A stretch of DNA of 64,000 nt from Blepharisma stoltei ATCC 30299 (lineage: Eukaryota; Protista; Ciliophora), in NCBI GenBank assembly GCA_965603825.1, contig CBFDEM010000024.1, positions 62,001-126,000 of the forward strand. Direction: 5' to 3'. The notes beneath the pieces were generated by a model that did not search any database, was not told the DNA's origin, and saw only the letters and a list, made by a program, of their open reading frames with translations. Of this stretch, positions 49,015-59,044 are shown piece after piece. Position 1 is the stretch's first letter, and every line of letters begins with the position of its first letter. The translations under genes were made by a program, and so were the position numbers.

Positions 49015-49118
49015 TATAATATAAAATTCTAAAAATCGATATTAAAAAGATTTTGTAGGCAGTGTAATCAATTTTGATTTTTTCAAGCCTAAAAACAAAA
49101 ATTTATAAAACTTTAAAA

Positions 49119-50876
49119 ATGCCAGGCCAAGATGTGATAATGCCACCTGATGATATATTAAAGCTTATTGAAAAAACTGCAGAGTTTGTTGCAGCCAATG
49201 GTAGTGCCGTCGAAATGAAGGTCTGAGAAGCCCAAAAAACAAACCCAAAATTCAGTTTCCTCAGACCTGGAGATCCATTCAGGAAATTTTACGAACAAAA
49301 AATTTACGAATATGCAGAAAAATTAGAGCAAGATGAGGAATTCGAAGAAATTGAAGAGCAGTTTGAAGAAGCCCCGACAACTGAAATCAAAGCTCCTGAA
49401 GTTAACCCATTTTATGTCAAGCATCCAACAATAGCCAAAGTTGATATGGACATCATTAAACTAGCAGCACAATTTGTAGCTCGAAATGGGAGAAATTTCT
49501 GGATGGGCTTAACAGAAAGGGAGAGTAAAAATCCTCAATTTGATTTCCTAAAGCCGAACCATGCGCTCTTCAATTACTTTACTTCTTTAATTGAAGCCTA
49601 TTCCAGATGCATACTACCAAGGCTTGACGATATAAAATCCTTACAAAAGAACGTTGCAGACAGAGGATCAATTCTTCAAAGATGCATGGACAGATTCCAA
49701 TTTGAAAGAAACCAGATAAAAAGTCAAAAATCCAAGGAGGAAATGGAAGAAGAGGAACGCCAGCAAATGGCAATGATTGACTGGCATGATTTTGTAGTAG
49801 TAGAAACAATAGAACTAAGAGAAGAAGAAGAGCTCCCAGCACCAATAGACCTAAATATTGTCCACACTTTGGGTTCAAGGCCTTTTATGCAAGATATTGA
49901 ACAAAATGTTAGAAAACAAATCACAGAATCACTAGAAGAATCTGCCAAAAGAGCTAAAGAAGCACTAGGGGCAGGGAGAGAAAGGGCGAAAAAATCTGAA
50001 ATTGATACTGGAGCAGCCACTGATATATCGAATTACACGCAGAAATGCGAAAAATGCGGAGAAATGATTCCAATTGATTTGTATGATGAGCATATTAAGC
50101 TGGAGCTGCTTGATCCCAAATACAAAAAAGAAAGAGAAGCTGCAAGGATTAAAGAAAAAGACCATGTTTTTGCTGCAAATTCAGAAATATATCAGAATCT
50201 TAAAAACATGATGAAGAATAGAGCTGAAGCGATGGGAGATTTTGAAGAAAATAAAGAAGAGCCAGGAGAAATAAGCGCTGCAAAGCAGCGCAATGAGCTG
50301 ACTGCTATGAGTTCAGCTAATATTTCACAGTTAATTCAAGAACTTAAAAAATCACAGCCTGCAATGCCTGCAGCTAAAGAAGTTCCAAAGTTTGTGCCCC
50401 CGCCACCTCCACCTCCAAGTGGTCAGATGATAAATCCACTAGAAGGCTATGTACCTCCTCCTTCAATGGTGCAGCCTCTTGCAGGTCCAAGCTATCAGGC
50501 TGCTGCTGTAATGGAACGAACTCCTTATAGACTCCACGAAGAAACTCGAAGCAGCCTAGTTCCAGAGCAGCAATGGGCAAAAATGCATCCAGGGACTTCT
50601 TCAATACACATAAGAGTCCCTGACGACGGTGGAGACAACCAATGGGGCTTTAAAGGCCAGATAATCCAGCTTAGCGTTGATTTGTTGCAGTCAATCCAAA
50701 GCATCAAACAAATGCTATCAGGGATTCTTGGAGGCATGCCTCCTCAAAAAATGAAATTTAAAACTCATGTGCACAGCGTATTAAAAGATCAAGACACCTT
50801 AGCTAAATACAACATTTCAAACGGCGCTATGATTGAATTAGCATTAAAAGAAAGAGGAGGTCGTAAAAGAGGTTAA
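49119..50876 (+). CDS. SF3A1: Splicing factor 3A subunit 1 (Prp21)
   Basis: ATG 49119 with one TGA=Trp; two SURP motifs (IEKTAEFVAANG, IIKLAAQFVARNG), IDWHDFVVVETI, C-terminal ubiquitin-like domain ending ERGGRKRG. Confidence 0.95.
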
Positions 50877-50946
50877 TACACAAATTAATACTAAAATGGA
50901 AACTCTAATAATTCTGCTCTTGCTAAACTAATATGATAATTAATTA

Positions 50947-51882
50947 TTAATCATCTCTTGCATCGATTTTTTGTTCCACAATTCGATGCATGAACTCATA
51001 AAAATCTCTTTTCTCATTCATTTTTTCTTCATATATGCTTCCTTGGAAATTCAATATCTTATTTCTCAAAGTGTCCATAAGATAATACATTATATGCTTC
51101 GTCCCAAAATTGATCAGTCACCTTGGCAAGAGAAACTATGTAAGGGTTACGATATTGGCGTTGGCTTGGGCAATAAAAATAATCTTTGTTTGTGTTGGAG
51201 AAATAACTTGGGCATAGAGACAGCCTATGTTCATAAACATCCTTTTCTTCCCTTCTGCTGGAGGAGGGATATCAAAGTTCATATAATTGTCAGACTTAGG
51301 CGATCTCATCACTATGCAAATCGCTTTTTCTGACACAATAGGGAACGCTGCAAACTCCAGCATGCACTCTCTGTCAGAAAGCGGCCATGGGAACCAGAAA
51401 TTGTACCTGGCAAACTTCCTTGTTCGTGAAGGGGACTCGAATACAGTTACTTGTTTAAGAACATCAACCCTATATATAAGTTACCATGTGGGGACAAGCT
51501 CGATCTCCGAAAGAAACGGAAGGACTTGAATCAGAGGGGCGTCAACCAGCAACGTACACCGTGTTAAAAAATCATTCCCAGACCCTTTACTTTCAGTCTT
51601 GATGTTGCGCTTATTGGTGACTTGTTTTCAGTCGTCTCCTCTGATATCACTGATACACATTTCTAGTGCACCCATGTCTTCAGTGAATTTTGTGAACTCC
51701 ATACACTTAGACAGAGGCTCTCGGAAGCTTGGATCTTCGCTGCAGCATTTTTCTAGCTTACTGTGATATTTTAAGAGAGATTCCACATTATCCTGGTAAA
51801 ACGCTTCCTTGAAGTTCAAAAGTGTCTTTTCAAATTTTGGCATGGAAGCAAATAAATGGCGAGTTATGAATTGATAACCCAT
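50947..51882 (-). CDS. START-like lipid-binding domain protein; two 15-nt introns
   Basis: Frame restored by two TGA=Trp and introns 51470-51484 and 51136-51150; EIELVPTW, FPWPLSDRE, LPRWLIN. Confidence 0.8.
51136..51150 (-). other. 15-nt spliceosomal intron
   Basis: GTAACCCTTACATAG; A at position 10; in-frame TAG. Confidence 0.85.
51470..51484 (-). other. 15-nt spliceosomal intron
   Basis: GTAACTTATATATAG; splits the TG^G Trp codon; in-frame TAA. Confidence 0.85.
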
Positions 51883-51944
51883 CGCGCATTTTATTTGAAA
51901 TTAACTCATAAAATGGTAAATAAAACTCACAAATTAATAGGAAA

Positions 51945-52607
51945 TTATTCTGATTTAGGTTTATTTGCTTCCTCCTCTTCATTATTTTGATTTTTTTGGT
52001 CTCCTTGATTATCTTGTTTTTTCTTTTGCTCTTTATTCTTCCTATTTTCTTCATGCTGCTTTAAAAGTTCCTCATGGGCTTTCTGCTTGATAAGTTTATT
52101 TTCTTCCACAGCTTTTAGCCTTTGCTCTTCTCTTTCGGCTTCTTTTTGTTTCTTAAGCAATGCCTTGGCCTCTCTTCTTGGCTGTTTTAATGCTCTGCGT
52201 GTTGGAGGGACTGTAAACCAAGGCTTTTCTTTGAATGATAATGAGCCAGACTCAATCACGTATTGAACGTGTGTAGGGGCTGGACCTTCTGGATGGAAAT
52301 GGCCTAAATGACTTCCACAGCCTGAACACTGGACTTCTTGGTCTTTTGGGTTATCTCCAGACAGCCTGGTAGCTCCATCCTCGCTGGCAAAAAAATGACA
52401 TCTGCCTGTGTCAGGGAAAAATTTGTAATGAGAAGGGAATAATTTTTGCTCACAAACAATGCAATAGTAAGTTCCAGTGTCTTTGACCCACCAATGATCT
52501 CCCATGAAGGGTCTTTCAGTTCCTTTGCCTTGAGTAATATAGAGCTGATGAGGGCTTAACTTGAGCTTAAGGTCAGAAAACCTTCGTAGGGATTTTAGTA
52601 TAATCAT
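51945..52607 (-). CDS. MsrB/SelR-fold protein lacking the catalytic Cys, with mitochondrial-type presequence and charged tail
   Basis: QLYITQGKGTERPF, GTYYCIVC, EVQCSGCGSHLGH..EGPAPT; RYCINS replaced by QYVIES; start MIILKSLRRFS. Confidence 0.85.
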   Translation of the reverse strand: MIILKSLRRFSDLKLKLSPHQLYITQGKGTERPFMGDHWWVKDTGTYYCIVCEQKLFPSHYKFFPDTGRCHFFASEDGATRLSGDNPKDQEVQCSGCGSHLGHFHPEGPAPTHVQYVIESGSLSFKEKPWFTVPPTRRALKQPRREAKALLKKQKEAEREEQRLKAVEENKLIKQKAHEELLKQHEENRKNKEQKKKQDNQGDQKNQNNEEEEANKPKSE

Positions 52608-52741
52608 AGTGCTTATATAAATATAAAAAGATATGGAAGATTGACGTCGAAATAAGCTTTGATTGATACTTAATATCAATAATTACAGTGATATATAAAT
52701 TCAAAGCTTGAAATAATTATTCTGCCCCCTCAATAAAAAAT

Positions 52742-54115
52742 ATGAGTTTAGACAAAATCGAGCAAGAAATAAATTATTTGAAACGAGAAATCTATCCTTA
52801 TTTCACATCATGCTTAGCACTTCTGAGGAGGAAAAAAACAAATCAATTGTCGCAGAAAAATCAAATTTCTTTTGATTTACCAAATTTGGATGCCTTAATA
52901 TCTGAACTTAGTGAAGACCAAAATTTAATCCAGCAACTTGAAGAAAGACACAAACTGTCACAGATTTCATGTTCTAATTCTCTTAATTTGCTTATAAAAG
53001 CTAAAGAGTCACTAGAAGCTAAATTAAAAGCCTCAACAGTCCAGCAGAAGCATGTTGAAAGTTCGTGTTTAATGCTTCAAGAAGATTACTTCTCAAGTCT
53101 AGCTAGATATATAGAACTAGGGCACAGCATCAATAAAACAACAAATTCAATCAATTCTCTTAAAAAGAAAATAAAGAAAGCTGTCCATGAAAAGAATAAG
53201 GAAAAGCAGAATATAGAAAACAGCATGATGGAAAGGCTTGATTTGGAGTCTTCTCTGCGAGAAAAAATAAAATCACTAGAAAAAAAATCCCTTGTGCTAC
53301 AAAAGGTTGAGACAAGCCATGAAACAAAGGCATCAAAGCTGTCACAAGAAATTTCTATTGAAAATTGCAAAATCGGAGAACAGGAAATTCTCAAAAAGCA
53401 ATATGAAAAAGAAATTTCTCAGCTTAATGAACAAATTTCAAATAAAAACTCCGAAAACGGCACAGCAAAAAAAGAATATAGTGACGTTTTCTTATTAAAT
53501 GAAAAAACAAGCCGATTTTTATTTGAGCTTTCTATTCAATTTGCTATCGACAAAGAATCTTTTGAAAAAGTCCTAAAGCAAAAAAGTGACCAGCGAGACT
53601 ACATCTCAGTTCAAGAAAAAAAGATTGGAAACCTCAAATCTGAAATAAACACCCTGCTAACAGATAAAAAAAAATTCAATTTAAATAAAGTGTGAATTCA
53701 CAGATCATCACGAGCATTTAGTCAGTTTAAATTTGCTGTAAAGATCTCAACAATCAAATATGACATAAAAAAGCTTGCATCTGAAGAACTGTCTGACTTC
53801 TCTCGACAAATTGACGCTGAGAATTCCAAAGAACTTGAAGACTTCAAAGCTATCTGTATCGACCAAAACGAAAACCCTCCAAATAAAAAGCGAGGAAGAA
53901 AGCAAAAACCAAAGAAAAAAGGCTCCGAGCAAGTAGCAGTCGCAACTGAAAATCTAGTCCAAAGGAAAAAGAAAAGCAGCGAGCCATCTTTAGCTGGGCT
54001 ATTTAGCACAATCACCTCAATAAAAAACCTCCCAAAAGACAGCTCTTTAAGCTACGCTTCCAAAAAGAAAAGTTCGTCAATTTTTGAAGACCTTTCCGAC
54101 TCCTTTTTCCACTAG
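52742..54115 (+). CDS. Hypothetical coiled-coil protein with basic C-terminal tail
   Basis: ORF reads through TGA 53693 to TAG 54115 (457 aa); NLS-like PNKKRGRKQKPKKK. Confidence 0.7.
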
Positions 54116-54152
54116 TGTAATTAATCTAATTAAATTTTAATAGTAGTTGAAA

Positions 54153-57100
54153 ATGGACATCAAGCCTGATGGCTATGTGGAGCTCCAAGATTCCCCACAG
54201 ATTGAGGTCAAAGAGTTCTTAGAGAACGTCATAAAAGATTTCGACAAGAGGGTGGAAACAATCAGCGTAAACTCAGTGATTACAAGCATGCTGGTTTCCA
54301 AGTCTAGCAAATTCTTACTTGTAGGAACTAGAAAAGGACTGGTCCAAGTCTATAAGTTAAATAGCAAAGAAAATTATCCTTTTCAAGGCCATGTCGGAAA
54401 AATCAACTGCTTATGCAACCTAAGTGACAGTATGGTCGCCAGTGGTGGAGAGGACAATAAAATCATTTTGTGGAACTTCGAGACAAGAAGGAGGGTCAAA
54501 ATCATCGCTGCTGATGATAAAGTATTTGCAATTGCAGCAGACGAAGACAAGAAAATAGTGATTTCGGGAGGAGGAGCTGTGAGAATTTGGAGCAGCGAAA
54601 CTGGAGAACTTGTAAAAGAAATTAAAGATCATAAAGGACATATTAAAGGGATTTCCTTTGCGAAGAAAGGAGATATTTTTGTGACTGCAGCTTCTGATAA
54701 CAAAATTTTTATTTATTCTGCAAATAGCCCATATGATAAAGTTTCTGAAATCGTCCAAGATTCAAGCTTAGGAAGTTTTGCCTACTGTCCTTCAAATGAG
54801 CTTAATAACAGAGAAGAAAAGCCTATACTTGCGTCTACTGGAGAAGACCGAATTATTCGACTGTGGAATCTTTCTGATGGAAGCCATAATAGACTTGAAA
54901 AAATGAAAAGCAGCATAATTGCTATCTGCAATATAGAAAATTCCAATTATATGGCAACTGCATGCGAAGAAGACGGGATAGGAATGCTTTATATTTGGGA
55001 TTCGAACACAGGGAACTGTGAGACTTACCTAAAACTGAATTCTGTTCCAAAGGTTTTGTGCTCTTCTAGCGACGGAAAGTACATTTACTCAGGAAGTATC
55101 GACAAAACGATCGAAAGAATCAGACTTGTTGAAGACCCTAAAAGAAAAGATGGGATTGTCACTCATGACGACACAATCAATGGCCTGCTCATTACACCAG
55201 ATAATTCAAGTATTTTTACTATTGGAGAAGACAATTCTCTAAAAATGCACAGTCTCCAGTCAAACATCACAATTGAGCTACGTAGATATGAAGGGAGGCC
55301 TAAATGTATTGCAATTAATAAGCTAGGCACTCTAATGGCAGTTGGAAATGAATATTCTACTATCAAGATTTGGAACACCCAAACTCAAAAAGAAGTCAGA
55401 AGTCTAGCCATGCACCACTGGGCGGTCACTTCTGTTGATTTTTCAAGAGATAACACCAAACTTGCGTCAGTTGCGAATGATGCGACTAAATCAGAAGGAG
55501 AACTTCTGATATGGGATCTGGCAAGTTTTACACCAATAAAATACGCAACTTCTACAAAAGAAATCCGCTGTGTTTCTTTTGCAAATTCCAATTTTGTAGT
55601 CCAAGCGACTGCAGACACTCTTCATGTGGTAAGCTGCACTGCAGCAGAGCATAAGGAGCTTAAAGGATTTACTCAGAATATCAGCCACCTGGTATTAAGC
55701 CACAATCAGAAATTATTAATTTCGTTAGGAGGAAATGGGATGATTGATATCTGGGATCTTGAATTTTTCACGCTTATTGCCTCTTTGACTGCTTTGGAAG
55801 AGACTCAAGAAATTGGAGAGATGGGGAATCAAATGATTGCAGGGCTTAGAGACTCAATCAGACCGAAGCAGAAAAGAAATATCCAGAGAGTGCCTCTTCT
55901 GGTGAGTGGGTGTCTAACTGACTCTGATGAATATTTGATTGTAGGGACTAGATATGAGGAACTGCAGTTTTGGTCAATGAGAGATAAAGCAATGCTGGGG
56001 ACTGTAAAGCTAGGTACAGCAATAAAGCATGTAGCATTGGATCCTATCAGTGAATATATATACGTTACAAGCGAAAACCAAGTGATCAGCTTAAAAAACC
56101 CTGCTACCACAAAAGGAAATGATGTAAGTGTCTTTGGGCCAAACATCTATTCAGTCTTCTATGTAGCTTTCTTTAAAAGGGTTTGGTCTGGCGATTTCCA
56201 AGGCAGCTACCCAACCCACTTGAACGATTGGATAATTCTTCCATGGTGCGTCAATATCATGCATCTTTTTGCTTATATAGTCGATATACAGCTGGTCAAC
56301 TTATCATTCAAAGGGAAATGCAAGTTTTTAACAACTACAAGCGGAATAAGTCCTCTCAGCATTGCTTTGGAAACTCAAAACAAAGAACTTGTCGATTTGA
56401 TTATCAAGAAAATCGCAAAAATAATCCCAAGGGACTCGTTTGTACTGACTCGTCTAGAAAATGATCTCCCTAGTCTCAATGAGCTATCAACCCCAAGTCT
56501 TTCAAATCTTTATAAATACGCCTTTCTGAGGTCTAAGCAGCCTGGACTGAAGTACTTTGGAATTTTGAAGTCAGACGAAAGCCACGTCTATCCATCTGTC
56601 AGCTACAATATAGACTGCAACAACTTTTTAGACAAGACCAATGCTAAGAAAAGCGAAGAGTTCCTCATATACAGAGTCAGCTCTTTCAGAGTTAACCTGA
56701 CTATGGGAAACGTAGAAGGGATCCGATTTTTAAGCAGCCTCATCGCATGCACAGATCCAAGTGTTTTTGAAGCGCCAATCATCCATACTTATATCATTAC
56801 AAAGTGGCAGCAAATTCAGTCCTTAATGCTAGGTCACGCAACTTTGTATCTGATTTTCCTCATGATATTGATATATTACACGCTGATTGCGGCTGATAAG
56901 TCAACCGAAACTTGGAGTCTGATTTTATTAGGCCTCATTAATACTGTTTTTTTGCTAATAGAAGGAATTGAGATGTCTATGGGGTTCCAACACTTTATTA
57001 ATGACATGTGGAATTGGTCAGATCTTGCAAGGATATTTTTAGTATTTATTTATCTTATTGAAGCACCTCTTTGGGGAGGGGAATTTTCTAGAATCTTGCT

Positions 57101-57842
57101 GGCTCTAATTCTAGTTTTTTCATTCCAAAGAGGACTGGGATTTTTCAGGGTATTTAAGCAGACACGTTATATGATTAGTATGATTTCAGAAATCGTCTCA
57201 GATATGGTGCCATTCGGGATTGTCCTGCTATTTTCAATCCTTGCATTCACCTTTATGTTTATTGTACTCAGCGGAATTTCTGAAGCGAAAGGTTTTGAAG
57301 AGTCATTGATGAATTCTTATTTGTTAGTTTTCAATGCATTTAACACTGATGGGTACTCAGATATCGAATGGATAAGCTTTTATGTGGCAACTATTGTGAA
57401 CCCACTTATGATGTTCAATCTCCTTGTCGCAATCATGGGTGATACTTATGAAAGAGTCAACGACGAAATGGTTGTCGCTGATATTCAAGCTATGGTCTCA
57501 ATGATCATTGAATATGAAACTATGGTCTTCTGGAGAAGGAACTCAGGCCAAAGAATGTACCTCCAGCTTTGCACAAATGTAGACCAAGACGAATTTGCCT
57601 TGGACTTAGGCCTTGAAAAGAAAGTGCAAACCTTTATAAAAGAACTTACTTCTGTGAACACAAAATTGACATCTATAAATGAAAGCAGCAAGACAACGCA
57701 AGATTTACTTGGAAAAAAAATCGCTGATATCAGCAATGAAGGGGTCGAAACATTAAGTGGGATTGAAATTGAAATTAAAAGCTTCAAAGAAAAGTTTGCA
57801 GACAAACTTAAAGCTTTAGAAGAAAAGGTAAAAAATAAATAA
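54153..57842 (+). CDS. WD40 multi-repeat + TRP-like six-TM ion-channel protein
   Basis: About a dozen WD40 repeats; ankyrin-like SPLSIAL; ITKWQ, WNWSD, FFRVFKQTRYMISMI, MFNLLVAIMGDTYERV; C-terminal coiled coil. Confidence 0.88.
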   Translation: MDIKPDGYVELQDSPQIEVKEFLENVIKDFDKRVETISVNSVITSMLVSKSSKFLLVGTRKGLVQVYKLNSKENYPFQGHVGKINCLCNLSDSMVASGGEDNKIILWNFETRRRVKIIAADDKVFAIAADEDKKIVISGGGAVRIWSSETGELVKEIKDHKGHIKGISFAKKGDIFVTAASDNKIFIYSANSPYDKVSEIVQDSSLGSFAYCPSNELNNREEKPILASTGEDRIIRLWNLSDGSHNRLEKMKSSIIAICNIENSNYMATACEEDGIGMLYIWDSNTGNCETYLKLNSVPKVLCSSSDGKYIYSGSIDKTIERIRLVEDPKRKDGIVTHDDTINGLLITPDNSSIFTIGEDNSLKMHSLQSNITIELRRYEGRPKCIAINKLGTLMAVGNEYSTIKIWNTQTQKEVRSLAMHHWAVTSVDFSRDNTKLASVANDATKSEGELLIWDLASFTPIKYATSTKEIRCVSFANSNFVVQATADTLHVVSCTAAEHKELKGFTQNISHLVLSHNQKLLISLGGNGMIDIWDLEFFTLIASLTALEETQEIGEMGNQMIAGLRDSIRPKQKRNIQRVPLLVSGCLTDSDEYLIVGTRYEELQFWSMRDKAMLGTVKLGTAIKHVALDPISEYIYVTSENQVISLKNPATTKGNDVSVFGPNIYSVFYVAFFKRVWSGDFQGSYPTHLNDWIILPWCVNIMHLFAYIVDIQLVNLSFKGKCKFLTTTSGISPLSIALETQNKELVDLIIKKIAKIIPRDSFVLTRLENDLPSLNELSTPSLSNLYKYAFLRSKQPGLKYFGILKSDESHVYPSVSYNIDCNNFLDKTNAKKSEEFLIYRVSSFRVNLTMGNVEGIRFLSSLIACTDPSVFEAPIIHTYIITKWQQIQSLMLGHATLYLIFLMILIYYTLIAADKSTETWSLILLGLINTVFLLIEGIEMSMGFQHFINDMWNWSDLARIFLVFIYLIEAPLWGGEFSRILLALILVFSFQRGLGFFRVFKQTRYMISMISEIVSDMVPFGIVLLFSILAFTFMFIVLSGISEAKGFEESLMNSYLLVFNAFNTDGYSDIEWISFYVATIVNPLMMFNLLVAIMGDTYERVNDEMVVADIQAMVSMIIEYETMVFWRRNSGQRMYLQLCTNVDQDEFALDLGLEKKVQTFIKELTSVNTKLTSINESSKTTQDLLGKKIADISNEGVETLSGIEIEIKSFKEKFADKLKALEEKVKNK

Positions 57843-57871
57843 AAATGATTAGAGAAATAGTTAACGTTAAA

Positions 57872-58786
57872 TTATTGACTACCTGACATGCAATTCTCAA
57901 CAGCATCATGAAGTTTTTTTCTTAGAGGCTCCCATTCTCCATCAGTCTCAAATTTAAACTCAGACATTGCAGCTGATATCTCGTTCTCATCATACCCAAA
58001 AATTTTCATCAGTTCATCTCCTTCTCTAAAATGCAACAAAATTACATCAGCTGGGAATCTGGGAGGGTTTCGCTGTAAAAAGTTCTCGAGGAATTGGGAC
58101 TGATATTCCATTATTTGGTGGAATACTTCCTTTGTAAGGGATTCTGGCTTTTGGACATTTACCTGTATAAGCTTAGTGGTCATTCTTTCAAGAGAATCGC
58201 GGACCTCTTGATCTGTTTCATTAGCTCTACAAGAAGTATTGAATATCAATGGGTTTATTCCAGCCTGCTTGCAAACATCGCCTAGAACTCCAGCCAAGAG
58301 AGTTTCTTGGAACTGCAGATGCTCAAAAGCTGCTAATTGCCATTTCCCTTCATCAATTGAATAAAATTCTTGCCTTTTATTTAAAAAACTTTTATAGGTT
58401 TCTGCGACTCTTTTTTGGGCTGCATTCCCGATTTCTTCGATTAGGGCAAGCAAGTCTGCCTTGCTGATGACACCATTTGAGACGATAAGCTTTTTAGGCT
58501 GTCTCAAGCTTTGGGATACATTTTGTATAGAGCTTCCTATGTAGCTTGGCATAGATAGTTCTTCTTCTATAACAAACTCAAGGGTGGGCTCTTTATTTTC
58601 TAAATAAGCTGTGAGTAATTGCTCAGTATTGGAAATTATTGCATCTCTGTATTTTACCTTGAAATGTATAGCTCCAGTTGATTTGTAAATTAAGTTGCAT
58701 AATTCTTCAATATTCAACGGGACAGCAGGAAGTTCTTGGGGTTCTTCATCTTCGAGTCTGACTAAAATGTGAACTTGAGCTTCCAT
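57872..58786 (-). CDS. Hypothetical protein with PB1-like N-terminus
   Basis: 304-aa ORF; FKVKYRD..ISNTEQLLTAY resembles a PB1 fold. Confidence 0.6.
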   Translation of the reverse strand: MEAQVHILVRLEDEEPQELPAVPLNIEELCNLIYKSTGAIHFKVKYRDAIISNTEQLLTAYLENKEPTLEFVIEEELSMPSYIGSSIQNVSQSLRQPKKLIVSNGVISKADLLALIEEIGNAAQKRVAETYKSFLNKRQEFYSIDEGKWQLAAFEHLQFQETLLAGVLGDVCKQAGINPLIFNTSCRANETDQEVRDSLERMTTKLIQVNVQKPESLTKEVFHQIMEYQSQFLENFLQRNPPRFPADVILLHFREGDELMKIFGYDENEISAAMSEFKFETDGEWEPLRKKLHDAVENCMSGSQ

Positions 58787-59044
58787 ATTAATATAAAAAG
58801 TTATTAATATAATTAGAGTGAATAAGTTTTGCTATATTGGCATTTTATATTTATAATCAGACAGTTATTTTAGCATTATTTTTTCAAATTTTTTTTATAA
58901 AAATTAAATTCTATAAATATGCTCCTTTAATTATAATTATAAACAAAATTAATAACTGAAGGAGCCAAAAATAACTTTTCTTATAAAAAAAATTTGAAGT
59001 AAAAATAAAAAACTTAGATAAGTTGCTTATTAAAATTCAGAAAA

